Positions 1-9,314 of a stretch of DNA of 21,694 bases are shown here, one piece after another (position 1 is the first letter of the stretch; each line of letters begins with the position of its first letter). The stretch covers positions 1-21,694 of the forward strand of contig JBDLKA010000059.1 in the NCBI GenBank assembly GCA_039714075.1, read 5' to 3'. The notes beneath the pieces were generated by a model, which did not search any database, was not told the origin of the DNA, and saw only the letters and a list, made by a program, of their open reading frames with translations. The translations under genes and the position numbers were made by a program. Origin of the DNA: Candidatus Krumholzibacteriota bacterium (lineage in GTDB: Bacteria > Krumholzibacteriota > Krumholzibacteriia > LZORAL124-64-63).

Positions 1-1420
1 TCTCGCCGCTGTTGCGTTCGTAGCGGTTCAGGAAACCGTACTGCCACTGGCAGTAGATGATGTCGGGATTCGTGGGATCGACGGCCGGTTCGAACCCGTC
101 GCCGCCCAGCAGCATGTACCACTCGCGATTGCTGATTCCGTGGGCGTAATGTGTCCGCGAGGGCCCACCCTGGGTGTTGTTGTCCTGGGTGCCGCCGTAC
201 ACGTTGTAGAAGGGCTCGTCGTTATCGACGGCCACCCGGTAGAACTGGGTCACCGGGATGTGCGCCATGTAGCGCCAGTGCTTTCCCCGGTCGAAGGATT
301 CGTAGACGCCGCCGTCGTTGCCGGTCAGCAGATGGTCCGTGTTGCCGGGATCGATCCACAGGGCATGTTCGTCCACGTGCTTGGCCTGCCAACCCACGCG
401 GTTGAAGGTCTTGCCGCCGTCCTCGGTCACCTGCAGGAAGGTGTCCATGCTGTACACGCGGTCGGGGTTCACCGGATCGGCGACGATCTCGTTGTAGTAC
501 TGGGGGCTGCCGGCCACGTAGTCGCTCATCTTTTCCCAGTTCAGGCCGCCGTCGGTGGACCGGTGGAAGCCGCCCTTGCCGTTGGCGGCCTCGATGATGG
601 CGTAGATGGTGTCCGGAGCCGGGAGGGACAGGGCCAGGCCGATGCGCCCCATGTCCACGCCGGGCAGACCGCTGGTCAGTTCGGTCCAGGTCGCCCCGCC
701 ATCGGTGGTCTTGTGGATGCCGGATCCGGGACCGCCGTTGATCAGGGTCCAGACATGGCGCCGCCGCTGGTAGCTGGCGGCGTAGATGATGTCGGGGTCG
801 CGCGGATCCATCTGCAGATCGACCACACCGGTATTCTCATCGATTTCCAGGACAAGTTCCCAGTTTTCCCCGCCGTCCGTCGATTTATAGACGCCGCGGT
901 CGCCGCCCGGTCCCCACAGCGGGCCCATGGCCGCCACGTAGACGGTATTCGGGTCGGTCGGATGGACCAGAATCCTGCCGATATGCAGCGAGCGCTTCAG
1001 ACCCATATTCTGCCAGGTGCGCCCGCCGTCCAGCGATTTGTAGACACCGTCACCGTAGGGCACGCTGCGCTGGCTGTTGTTTTCCCCGGATCCCACCCAC
1101 ACGATGTCGGGCCGGGAGGGCGTGATGGCCAGACAACCGATGGAAAAACTGCCCTCGCCATCGAAGATGGGGTCGAAGGTGATGCCCGCGTTTTTGGTCT
1201 CCCAGACTCCGCCCGAGCAGACGCCCACGTAATAATGGCTGGGGTCGCGGGGATCGACGGCGAAATCGGCGATCCGGCCCGAAGCCAGGGCCGGCCCGAT
1301 GCCGCGGAAAGCCAGGGCGCTGAAGTCGCCGCTGTTCCAGGGGGCGTCCTCTTCGGCGGCGATGGCGGCTGCGGAAATCATCATCACAATCAACATCAGG
1401 AGCAGGGGGAGGCGGCGCAT
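1..1420 (-). CDS. Secreted VPS10/sortilin-like BNR (Asp-box) beta-propeller 'glycosyl hydrolase', N-terminal part only; the 3' end runs off the left edge
   Basis: Manual minus-strand translation from the ATG at 1420 (AGAAGGA upstream): MRRLPLLLMLIVMMISAAAIAAEE (signal peptide), FRGIGPALASGRIADFAVDP, Asp-boxes KSLDGGRTW, KSTDGGENW, KTTDGGATW, RSTDGGLNW, then GGTQDN and GGDGF. It is missing from the ORF track, probably because no stop codon falls inside the window. Confidence 0.92.
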   Translation of the reverse strand, partial: MRRLPLLLMLIVMMISAAAIAAEEDAPWNSGDFSALAFRGIGPALASGRIADFAVDPRDPSHYYVGVCSGGVWETKNAGITFDPIFDGEGSFSIGCLAITPSRPDIVWVGSGENNSQRSVPYGDGVYKSLDGGRTWQNMGLKRSLHIGRILVHPTDPNTVYVAAMGPLWGPGGDRGVYKSTDGGENWELVLEIDENTGVVDLQMDPRDPDIIYAASYQRRRHVWTLINGGPGSGIHKTTDGGATWTELTSGLPGVDMGRIGLALSLPAPDTIYAIIEAANGKGGFHRSTDGGLNWEKMSDYVAGSPQYYNEIVADPVNPDRVYSMDTFLQVTEDGGKTFNRVGWQAKHVDEHALWIDPGNTDHLLTGNDGGVYESFDRGKHWRYMAHIPVTQFYRVAVDNDEPFYNVYGGTQDNNTQGGPSRTHYAHGISNREWYMLLGGDGFEPAVDPTNPDIIYCQWQYGFLNRYERNSGE

Positions 1421-1498
1421 GGTCATCCTTCTTTCGGGGGCGCGGAGGTCCGATCCTGGCCGGGGGGACCAGGGGCAGAGAAAAGCAGATCAGGGACA

Positions 1499-1527
1499 TT
1501 TATAACAGGTCAAGGGACCGGAGCCAA
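1499..1527 (-). promoter_or_regulatory. Putative sigma70-type promoter for the VPS10-like gene
   Basis: Minus strand reads TTGGCT-N17-TATAAA with an extended -10 TG, about 80 nt upstream of the ATG at 1420. Confidence 0.45.
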
Positions 1528-1835
1528 GGGGGTCATGGACATGAATCTTACCGGCGGACGATTTTTGAGGGCTCCCGGGGGCCTCTGGGCCTACCGATGT
1601 CCGCAATCGGGGACAAGATCCCTGATTCAGGTCCTTATCCTGGGGGACAAATCGGAAGAATTGTACCCATAGGTACGGAATTTCAATCGAAATTCATGCC
1701 CGAAACACCCTCAAGATTTCAATAACCCATTCCAAATAACCAAATTGCAGTTTCACAACCCCCAGGCAAACCCCGGCCGGGCACCATCCCTGCAAAGATA
1801 GGGGCAGACAAAGTCGATAACGAAAGGAAGACGCC

Positions 1836-2288
1836 ATGAATACCGAACGAAATAAACAGCACCGCCTCATGATCATCACCGTGGTGGCTGGACTCATCCT
1901 GGCGGCTCTGGCCTTTTTTAAGCCCGCAATAGCGGAAGCCGGTGTCACGGTCACCGCCCGGGTCGGTAACGTCGGTATCGCGGTTTCCACCGAACAGCCT
2001 CGCGGCGTGATCACTCAAACCGGTCCCCGGTCCTACCGCTGCGACATGCCCACCCGCCCGCCCCGGCCGCTTTACGGCCATCACATCTGGGTGCCGGGAC
2101 ATTACGAAAGGGTGCTGGAGATCAGGAATTGCCGGCAATACCACCAGACCGCCGGTTTCAAGCCCGGCAAGGGCAAGTACAAGCGGACCAAGCGCGACCA
2201 CTTCGACAACCGGAAGCGCGGACGGAAGGCCCCCCGGCACAGCCATTACCGCGAAATTTGGGTCCCGGGCCACTGGGAACGGATCTGA
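1836..2288 (+). CDS. Small secreted basic protein with two WxxGxW/YXWGXW-like repeats
   Basis: RBS GAAAGGAAG at 1822-1830. Hydrophobic N-terminus ending in AEA. Repeats IWVPGHYER and IWVPGHWER. A strong terminator follows. Confidence 0.8.
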   Translation: MNTERNKQHRLMIITVVAGLILAALAFFKPAIAEAGVTVTARVGNVGIAVSTEQPRGVITQTGPRSYRCDMPTRPPRPLYGHHIWVPGHYERVLEIRNCRQYHQTAGFKPGKGKYKRTKRDHFDNRKRGRKAPRHSHYREIWVPGHWERI

Positions 2289-2309
2289 TCCGATAAAGCC
2301 TTACCCCCC

Positions 2310-2349
2310 AATCACCCCCGCCGCAACGGCGGGGGTGATTTTGTGTTTT
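2310..2349 (+). terminator. Rho-independent terminator
   Basis: Perfect 14-bp inverted repeat AATCACCCCCGCCG-CAA-CGGCGGGGGTGATT (2310-2340) followed by TTGTGTTTT, 21 nt after the stop at 2288. Confidence 0.88.
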
Positions 2350-2368
2350 CCCGAAGGCAGACTATTTC

Positions 2369-2397
2369 TCGCCATTTTCCGATCTTGGGGTTATTCT
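2369..2397 (+). promoter_or_regulatory. Possible sigma70-type promoter for the deacetylase operon
   Basis: TCGCCA-N17-TATTCT lying between the terminator and the GGAGG RBS. Confidence 0.3.
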
Positions 2398-2442
2398 CTT
2401 CCGATGATTCGATCCGATTCGCGATCCACCCAGGAGGTCGCC

Positions 2443-3537
2443 ATGCGGATTTCCCTATGGATTTCCATCCTGACAGCGGTGGTGATCACCGCACCGGCAT
2501 CTACCCTGGGCGAGGTTCCGAGCCAAGTTGTTCCGAGCCACGCGGTGGCATTGATCTACCACCATGTGGATACCGGGACCCCGGCTTCGACCAGCCTGTC
2601 CCCCGAGTTGTTCGGGGAACATCTGGACTACCTGGTGAGCAACGGATATCGTGCCCTGCCCCTGGCCGCGCTGGTGGACAGCCTCAGGAACGGCGGGACG
2701 GTTCCGGATCGGACGGTGGCCTTCACGTTTGATGACGGTTACCGGTCGGTGTACACCGAGGCCTTTCCGCGGCTGCGGGAACTGGATTGGCCGTTCACCG
2801 TTTTCATTTGTCCCGACGCGGTGGATCACGGGCGCGGACCGGTCCTGACCTGGGACCAGTTGCGCGAGATGGCGGACGCCGGAGCGACTGTCGCGAACCA
2901 CGGCATGTTCCACCATCATCTCCAGCGCCGTGGCGCCGGGGAAGCGGATCAGGCTTGGCGCGACAGAATCCGTGGGGAACTCCTGGCTGCCCAGGAAAGG
3001 ATTTCCCGGGAAATGGGAATCGCCCCGGCCTTGTTCGCCTACCCCTACGGGGAGTTCGACGAGGATCTGCGGGAGATCATCCGGGACCTGGGTTGGGCGG
3101 CCTTCGGGCAGCAGTCGGGCCCGATGGGTAATGAAAGCGATTTCACGCGGCTGCCCCGCTTTCCCATGGCCGGTCCTTTTGCGGCCATGGAGACTTTCGG
3201 GGACAAAGTGGGCAGTTTGCCGCTGCCCGTAATGGCCGCCAGTCCCGCCAGCCCCCATATTGCGTTGGCGGCGGGGCCGGAGGACCGAAAACCCAACCTG
3301 CGGCTAACCCTGGGAGCAGGGGACTACCGGTCCGGTCAGGTGGCGGCTTTCGCCAGCGGACAGGGCGCCGCGGAATTGACCTGGGTCGACAGGGAAGCTG
3401 GGATCCTGGAGGTGCGGGCGCGTCAGGCGCTGCCCACCGGACGCAGCCGTTACAACATCACGGCGCCGGCCACGGATGGACGTCGCTATTACTGGTACAG
3501 CCACACATGGATCGTCGGGCAAGCGCACAAGGACTAG
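2443..3537 (+). CDS. Exported polysaccharide deacetylase (CE4/NodB homology, PgaB/IcaB-like) with a C-terminal extension
   Basis: CAGGAGG RBS before the ATG at 2443 (the ORF-track start at 2335 is too early). Signal-peptide-like N-terminus. Motifs LIYHHV, TFDDG, NHGMFHHHL (HxxxH), FAYPYG, LPRFP. Confidence 0.9.
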   Translation: MRISLWISILTAVVITAPASTLGEVPSQVVPSHAVALIYHHVDTGTPASTSLSPELFGEHLDYLVSNGYRALPLAALVDSLRNGGTVPDRTVAFTFDDGYRSVYTEAFPRLRELDWPFTVFICPDAVDHGRGPVLTWDQLREMADAGATVANHGMFHHHLQRRGAGEADQAWRDRIRGELLAAQERISREMGIAPALFAYPYGEFDEDLREIIRDLGWAAFGQQSGPMGNESDFTRLPRFPMAGPFAAMETFGDKVGSLPLPVMAASPASPHIALAAGPEDRKPNLRLTLGAGDYRSGQVAAFASGQGAAELTWVDREAGILEVRARQALPTGRSRYNITAPATDGRRYYWYSHTWIVGQAHKD

Positions 3538-3540
3538 TTG

Positions 3541-4458
3541 ATGAGGAGATTGGCCATCTGGGCGACCAGCGCAGCGTTGCTGGCGGTTGTTCTACCGGAC
3601 TCCATCCATGCCGACCAGGGGTTCAAATTTTCCGGCGGAGTGCCGGACCAGGGTCTGCGTTGGGCCCGGTCAGCGGTGACCCCGTTCGAGACCAGGGCGG
3701 TGGAGCGAAACCTGGGATTCGGGATGGGTGGTCTGAGGCCGGTGGCCTTCGGCAGGCAGGAAACCCCCCTGCCCGATTTCACCGATTACCGGGATGTCAA
3801 CGCCAAGAAATTGAGGTTCTTCGGCTTTTTGCTGCCGATGGTCGATGAAGAGAACGAGCGGTTGCTGGATCTGCGGACCCGGTTGAGCTACATCTACGAG
3901 CATGTGCGTTGGGACCGCGACGTCGATACCGAAGACCGGGTCTGGCTGCACGACGTGATCGAGGAATTCCGGATTCCGGAAACCGACATCCATGCGGAGG
4001 AATTCTGGGAGATCGCCCTGCAGCGCGTGGATGCCGTGCCGGACCATCTGGTCCTGGCCCAGGCGGCCAACGAATCGGCGTGGGGCACCTCGCGGTTTGC
4101 CCGGGAAGGTAATAACCTGTTCGGGCAGTGGTGCTTCCGCCAGGGTTGCGGATTGGTCCCGGCGGACCGGCCCGAGGGCGCCTCCTACGAGGTGGCCCGT
4201 TTCGATTCGGTAAGCCAGTCCATCGGCAGTTACATGCACAACCTCAACACGGGGCGGACGTATCAACAGTTGCGTGAAATCCGCGCCAAGGCCCGCAGTA
4301 ACGGCCATGAACCTGATGCCACGGCCATGGCCGCCGGGCTGATGAGCTATTCGGAGCGGGGCGAGGAATACATCACCGAGTTGCGCTCCATGATCAGGTA
4401 CAACTCGAACGTGATCGAAGAGGCACGGGCCCGCCTGGAGGAAGGCGCCAGTTCCTGA
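3541..4458 (+). CDS. Bax-like glucosaminidase-domain protein (GH73-type, putative peptidoglycan hydrolase)
   Basis: Motif [29 protein letters not shown], then YMHNLNT and YSERGEEY. Signal-peptide-like N-terminus. Starts 3 nt after the deacetylase stop. Confidence 0.85.
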   Translation: MRRLAIWATSAALLAVVLPDSIHADQGFKFSGGVPDQGLRWARSAVTPFETRAVERNLGFGMGGLRPVAFGRQETPLPDFTDYRDVNAKKLRFFGFLLPMVDEENERLLDLRTRLSYIYEHVRWDRDVDTEDRVWLHDVIEEFRIPETDIHAEEFWEIALQRVDAVPDHLVLAQAANESAWGTSRFAREGNNLFGQWCFRQGCGLVPADRPEGASYEVARFDSVSQSIGSYMHNLNTGRTYQQLREIRAKARSNGHEPDATAMAAGLMSYSERGEEYITELRSMIRYNSNVIEEARARLEEGASS

Positions 4459-4510
4459 GCGCCGGCTCGGGCCCTGGGGAGCCCGGGATTCCATCGAAGA
4501 GAAGACCGTC

Positions 4511-7500
4511 ATGAGATTGACGCGGGAACAACTGACCCGCATGGCCGCCGACAGGATCCTGGTCCTGGACGGGGCCATGGGCACCATGATCCAGACTTTC
4601 GGTCTGGACGAGGCCGATTTTCGCGGGGAACTCCTGGCTGATCATCCGGTCGATCTCCAGGGCAACAACGATATTCTCAGTCTCACCCGGCCGCAGGTGG
4701 TCCGGGAGATCTATCGCAGCTATCTGGATGCCGGCGCCGACATCATCACCACCAACACCTTCAACGGCACTTCGGTGGCCCAGTCCGACTACGGGACCGA
4801 GCACCTTGTCCGGGACTTCAACCTCGCCGCGGCCCGTCTCGCCCGTGAAGCCGCCGAGGAGTTCACCGCCGCCAATCCCGATCGTCCCCGCTTCGTGGCG
4901 GGCTCGCTGGCCCCGACGAACCGCACCTGCTCGATTTCCCCGGACGTGAACAATCCCGGCCACCGCAACATCACTTTCGAACAGCTGGTCACCGCCTACG
5001 GCGAGGAAGCCGAAGCCCTGCTCGACGGGGGCGCCGACATCCTCATGGTGGAAACGGTTTTCGATCCCCTCAACGCCAAGGCCGCGGTGTTCGCCGTCCG
5101 TGAACTTCTGTCCCGGCGCGGGCTGCACGATTTTCCGGTCTGGGTTTCCGGCACCATCACCGACGCCAGCGGGCGCACCCTGACGGGGCAGACTCCCGAG
5201 GCTTTCTGGATCTCCCTGCGCCACAGTGATCCGGCCGTTTTCGGTCTCAATTGCGCGTTGGGGGCCACGGCCATGCGGCCCTTCGTGGAGGAGGTTTCCC
5301 GGACTGCCGACACCCTGGTCTCGGCCCATCCCAACGCGGGATTGCCCAACGAATTGGGCGGGTATGATGAAACGCCCGAGCAGATGGCGGGAATCCTCGC
5401 CGAGTTCGCCGAGGCGGGTCTGTTGAACATCGTCGGCGGCTGCTGCGGGACCACTCCCGAATACATCAAGGCCATCGCCGCCGCTGTCGAGGGGATACCG
5501 CCCCGCCAGGTGGCCGCGAAACAGCCCGGGACTTTCCTGGCGGGTCTCGAGCAGCTGCACATCGACGGGGAATCCCTGTTCGTCAACATCGGGGAACGCA
5601 CCAACGTGGCCGGCAGCCGGCGGTTCGCCCGCCTGATCCGGAACGGCAAGATGGAGGAAGCCCTCGAAGTGGGGCGCCAGCAGGTGCGCGGCGGCGCGCA
5701 GATCGTCGACGTGAACATGGACGACGCCATGCTCGAATCCGTCGAGGCGATGGGGACGTTCCTGAACGTGCTGGCCTCGGACCCCGAGATCTCCCGGGTG
5801 CCGGTGATGATCGATTCGAGCCGTTGGGACGTCATCGAGGCCGGCCTGCGGCGCATCCAGGGCAAGGGTGTGGTCAATTCGATCAGTCTCAAGGACGGCG
5901 AAGAGGAATTCCGCCGCCGGGCGCGTCTGGTCAGGCGTTACGGGGCCGCCGCCGTGGTCATGGCCTTCGACGAAAAAGGCCAGGCCGACTCTCTCGAGCG
6001 CCGTATCGAGATCTGTCGCCGAGTCTGGAGAATCCTGGTCGACGAGGAAGGGTTTCCCGCCGAGGACGTGATCTTCGATCCCAACGTGTTTGCCGTGGCC
6101 ACGGGCATTGCCGACCACGACACCTACGGCCTGGATTTCATCGCCTGCTGCCGCCACATCAAGGACAACATGCCGGGCGCCCTGGTCAGCGGGGGCATCA
6201 GCAACCTCAGCTTCAGCTTCCGGGGCAACGACACGGTGCGCGAAGCCATGCATTCGGCTTTCCTTTTCCACGCCATCGACGCGGGCCTGGACATGGGCAT
6301 CGTCAACGCGGGGCAGCTTGCCGTTTACGAGGAAATCGCTCCGGACCTGCTGGAAGCCGTTGAGGACGTGATCCTCAACCGGAGGGCGGACGCCACGGAA
6401 CGGTTGATCGATATCGCGACGGCGACCACGGGAAAAAAGAGCGAACGCAAGGAAGACCTGGGCTGGAGGGAAAAGCCGGTCGGCGAAAGGCTGGGGCACG
6501 CCCTGCTGACCGGGGAAGCCGATTACATCGAAGAAGACACGCTGGCTTCGCTCCGGGAAATAGGCGATCCGCTGGGGGTCATCGAAGGGCCCCTGATGGA
6601 CGGGCTGAACAAGGTCGGCGACCTGTTCGGGGCGGGCAAGATGTTCCTGCCCCAGGTCATCCGCACCGCCCGGGTCATGAAAAAGGCGGTGGCGGTCCTG
6701 GATCCCTACCTGGCGGAATTGAAGGAGAGCGGGGCCCGGTCGGCGGGGAAGATCCTGCTGGCGACCGTCAAGGGCGATGTGCACGACATCGGCAAGAACA
6801 TCGTCGGCGTCGTGCTGGGCTGCAACAACTACGAGGTCATCGATCTGGGCGTGATGGTGCCCGTGGGCCGGATCATCGAGACCGCGAAAAAGGAAAAAGT
6901 GGATCTGGTGGGATTGAGCGGGCTGATCACGCCGTCCCTGACCGAAATGACCCATGTGGCGCAGGAAATGGATCGTGCCGGACTGGATATCCCCTTGCTG
7001 ATCGGAGGGGCGACCACCAGCCGCGTGCACACCGCCGTGAAGATCGCGCCGTTCTACGAGCCGGGTGTATTCCATGTTCCGGACGCTTCCAAGGCGGTGG
7101 GCGTGATCGGCGCCCTGCTCAATCCCGAGACGCGCGAGGCCGCCGCCGCCCGGGTGCGCGAGGATTACGAGACGGTGCGCCGGGAAAGGGAGGCGGCCGC
7201 CGGGAAGAAGAAACTCCTGCCGCTGGCCGAAGCCCGGGCCAACGCGCCGCAGCTGGATTGGTCGGGATACGAGCCCCCGCAGCCCGTCCAGCCCGGTGTG
7301 CATGTACTGCCGGATTTCGACCTGCGCGAACTTCTGCCCTACATCGACTGGACGCCGTTCTTCCGGACCTGGCGGCTGCCGGGCCGTTATCCGCAGATCC
7401 TGGACGACCCCGAGACGGGAACCGAAGCCAGGCGTCTGATGGCGGATGCCCGGGCCGTTCTGGATGAGCTGATTTCCGGAGGTGAGTTGAAGGCCTCAGC

Positions 7501-8185
7501 GGTCCTGGGGCTGTTTGCGGCCGAGCGGGATGGTGACGACCTGGTCCTGTTCGACGACGACGCCCGCTCCGGTGAACTGCGCCGGGTGCCCTTCCTGCGC
7601 CAGCAGCGTCGCAGCGCCGCCGGCAGGCCGAACCGCAGTCTGGCGGACTTCATCGCGCCCGGCGAAGCGGGGCTCAGGGACTGGGTGGGCGGATTCGTGG
7701 TGACCGCGGGCCTGGGCGCCCGCGAGGCCTCAGACAAGCGGAAAGCCGCTGACGACGATTACCGCTCGATCATGGTCAAGGCCCTGGCCGACCGTCTGGC
7801 CGAAGCCTTCGCCGAGTATCTGCACCTGCAGGTTCGGCGCGAATACTGGGGCTATGCCCCGGACGAAGGCCTGGCCAACGAAGAGCTGATCGAGGAAAAA
7901 TACCAGGGAATCCGGCCCGCGCCCGGTTACCCCGCCTGTCCGGACCACCTGGTGAAGCAGTTCCTTTTCGAGTTGCTTGACGCCGAAGCTAAAACCGGCG
8001 TGTCCCTGACCGAAAACTGTGCCATGGAGCCCGCCGCCAGCGTGGCGGGTTGGTATTTCAGCCATCCGGAAGCGAAATATTTCGGGATGGGCCGCCTGGG
8101 TCGCGATCAGGTGGCCGACTACGCCGCCCGCGCGGGTATCAGCGAAGACGAAGCCGCCGGTTGGCTGGCGGCCAACCTGGATTGA
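4511..8185 (+). CDS. metH: Cobalamin-dependent methionine synthase (full length)
   Basis: [10 protein letters not shown]; Zn ligands in GLNCALG and GGCCGT; pterin domain NIGERTNV; B12-binding GDVHDIGKN and LSGL; reactivation domain [12 protein letters not shown]; 1224 aa. Confidence 0.98.
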   Translation: MRLTREQLTRMAADRILVLDGAMGTMIQTFGLDEADFRGELLADHPVDLQGNNDILSLTRPQVVREIYRSYLDAGADIITTNTFNGTSVAQSDYGTEHLVRDFNLAAARLAREAAEEFTAANPDRPRFVAGSLAPTNRTCSISPDVNNPGHRNITFEQLVTAYGEEAEALLDGGADILMVETVFDPLNAKAAVFAVRELLSRRGLHDFPVWVSGTITDASGRTLTGQTPEAFWISLRHSDPAVFGLNCALGATAMRPFVEEVSRTADTLVSAHPNAGLPNELGGYDETPEQMAGILAEFAEAGLLNIVGGCCGTTPEYIKAIAAAVEGIPPRQVAAKQPGTFLAGLEQLHIDGESLFVNIGERTNVAGSRRFARLIRNGKMEEALEVGRQQVRGGAQIVDVNMDDAMLESVEAMGTFLNVLASDPEISRVPVMIDSSRWDVIEAGLRRIQGKGVVNSISLKDGEEEFRRRARLVRRYGAAAVVMAFDEKGQADSLERRIEICRRVWRILVDEEGFPAEDVIFDPNVFAVATGIADHDTYGLDFIACCRHIKDNMPGALVSGGISNLSFSFRGNDTVREAMHSAFLFHAIDAGLDMGIVNAGQLAVYEEIAPDLLEAVEDVILNRRADATERLIDIATATTGKKSERKEDLGWREKPVGERLGHALLTGEADYIEEDTLASLREIGDPLGVIEGPLMDGLNKVGDLFGAGKMFLPQVIRTARVMKKAVAVLDPYLAELKESGARSAGKILLATVKGDVHDIGKNIVGVVLGCNNYEVIDLGVMVPVGRIIETAKKEKVDLVGLSGLITPSLTEMTHVAQEMDRAGLDIPLLIGGATTSRVHTAVKIAPFYEPGVFHVPDASKAVGVIGALLNPETREAAAARVREDYETVRREREAAAGKKKLLPLAEARANAPQLDWSGYEPPQPVQPGVHVLPDFDLRELLPYIDWTPFFRTWRLPGRYPQILDDPETGTEARRLMADARAVLDELISGGELKASAVLGLFAAERDGDDLVLFDDDARSGELRRVPFLRQQRRSAAGRPNRSLADFIAPGEAGLRDWVGGFVVTAGLGAREASDKRKAADDDYRSIMVKALADRLAEAFAEYLHLQVRREYWGYAPDEGLANEELIEEKYQGIRPAPGYPACPDHLVKQFLFELLDAEAKTGVSLTENCAMEPAASVAGWYFSHPEAKYFGMGRLGRDQVADYAARAGISEDEAAGWLAANLD

Positions 8186-8210
8186 AGCACGGGAAAACGA
8201 AAGAGAATCC

Positions 8211-9155
8211 ATGCACGTCATAGAACATCTGGAAAAGGCCGCCGATACGCTGTTCAGCTTCGAGATCATTCCGCCGCCGCGGGGCAAGACGGTACGCGAC
8301 ATCATCGACATGGTCGAACAGATCGCCCCGGTGAATCCTCCCTTCATCGACGTGACCAGCCACATGGCCGAGGCCTCGTACGAGGAGAAGCCCGACGGAT
8401 CGATCAAGCGCCGGGTCAAGAAGAAACGGCCGGGGACCATCAGCATCTGCGGGATCATCCAGAACCGCTACGGGATCGATACGGTACCCCACCTGCTGTG
8501 CACGGGCTTCACGCGCGAGGAGACCGAGGACGCGATCATCGAGCTGAACTACCTGGGCATCCACAACGTGCTGGCAATCCGCGGTGACGAATCCAACTAC
8601 AACAAGGTACTCAGTTCGGGACGGACCCGGAACATATTCGCCAGTGACCTGGTCAAACAGCTGGTCGATCTGCGCGAGGCCAAGTTCCTGGACGACATCG
8701 CCAACAGCGAGCCCATCAACTTCTGCATCGGGGTTGGTGGGTATCCGGAAAAACACGTGGAAGCCCCGAACCTGAAGACCGACATCGCCCACCTCAAGGC
8801 CAAGGTCGACGCGGGGGCCGACTACATCGTCACCCAGATGTTCTTCGACAACGCCAGCTACCACAACTACGTGAAGCTATGCCGGGAAGCGGGCATCGAG
8901 GTGCCGATCATTCCGGGCATCAAGCTCATCGACGGGGTGCGGCAGCTGAACTCCCTGGCCAAGCATTTCCACGTCACCATTCCCGACGAGCTGGTGGACG
9001 AGATCATGGAGTCCCCGAAGAACGTCAAGGAGATCGGCCGCGCCTGGGGCAGGAAGCAGGTCGAGGAGCTGTTGAACTCCGGTGTGGAATGTGTGCATTT
9101 CTACGTCATGAACGACGCTTCGGCCTCGGTGGGGATCATCAGGGAACTGACCTGA
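8211..9155 (+). CDS. metF: 5,10-methylenetetrahydrofolate reductase
   Basis: Probable start MHVIEHL at 8211. Motifs FSFEIIPP, PHLLC, LAIRGD, GYPEKH, AGADYIVTQMFFD, VPIIPGI, HFY. Directly follows metH. Confidence 0.95.
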   Translation: MHVIEHLEKAADTLFSFEIIPPPRGKTVRDIIDMVEQIAPVNPPFIDVTSHMAEASYEEKPDGSIKRRVKKKRPGTISICGIIQNRYGIDTVPHLLCTGFTREETEDAIIELNYLGIHNVLAIRGDESNYNKVLSSGRTRNIFASDLVKQLVDLREAKFLDDIANSEPINFCIGVGGYPEKHVEAPNLKTDIAHLKAKVDAGADYIVTQMFFDNASYHNYVKLCREAGIEVPIIPGIKLIDGVRQLNSLAKHFHVTIPDELVDEIMESPKNVKEIGRAWGRKQVEELLNSGVECVHFYVMNDASASVGIIRELT

Positions 9156-9183
9156 AGAGGCCTTTAACCCCCTATAAAATCGG

Positions 9184-9212
9184 TTGCGGGACCCGAAGCC
9201 GCATAGTAGGGT
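9184..9212 (+). promoter_or_regulatory. Possible sigma70-type promoter for the GGDEF-EAL gene
   Basis: TTGCGG-N17-TAGGGT in the intergenic region after metF. Confidence 0.35.
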
Positions 9213-9252
9213 TACCTCGTCAACCATAGATCCGACCATAGCTGGAGCGCAC

Positions 9253-9308
9253 GGTCACAAGGATGTGGCCACTTCATTCGCCAAGAATTGCTGAAGGGAT
9301 TCAGGAAG
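9253..9308 (+). promoter_or_regulatory. Putative CsrA/RsmA-binding GGA hairpins in the 5' leader
   Basis: GGTCACA-AGGA-TGTGGCC (9253-9270, contains ACAAGGATGT), CTGAA-GGGA-TTCAG (9291-9304), and an AGGA overlapping the RBS. Confidence 0.45.
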
Positions 9309-9314
9309 CGCGCC

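Noticed and set aside
1512..1524. AAGGGACCG[G/A]AGC shared with 20426-20438, both upstream of minus-strand genes
   Set aside because: A 12/13 match between GC-rich intergenic regions is roughly at chance level, and the position relative to the promoter elements differs.
140..1672. 510-aa plus-strand ORF
   Set aside because: Antisense shadow of the VPS10/BNR gene, with no motifs of its own.
1763..1816. Resemblance to a c-di-GMP-I (GEMM) riboswitch (GGCAAACC...GCAAAG)
   Set aside because: I could not build the GNRA-capped P2 stem or a P3 stem before the RBS. An Infernal search with Rfam RF01051 would settle it.
2407..2428. Short imperfect tandem GATTCGATCC / GATTCGCGATCC
   Set aside because: Only two short copies with no supportable function.
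4459..4510. SAM or cobalamin riboswitch upstream of metH
   Set aside because: The spacer is only 52 nt and shows no SAM-I or B12-box consensus.
4394..7303. 969-aa minus-strand ORF
   Set aside because: Lies antisense to metH. Long stop-free antisense frames are expected in high-GC coding DNA, and it has no recognisable domain.
8019..8210. N-terminal extension of MetF in the ORF track
   Set aside because: It overlaps the metH 3' end, and MetF homology begins at Met 8211.
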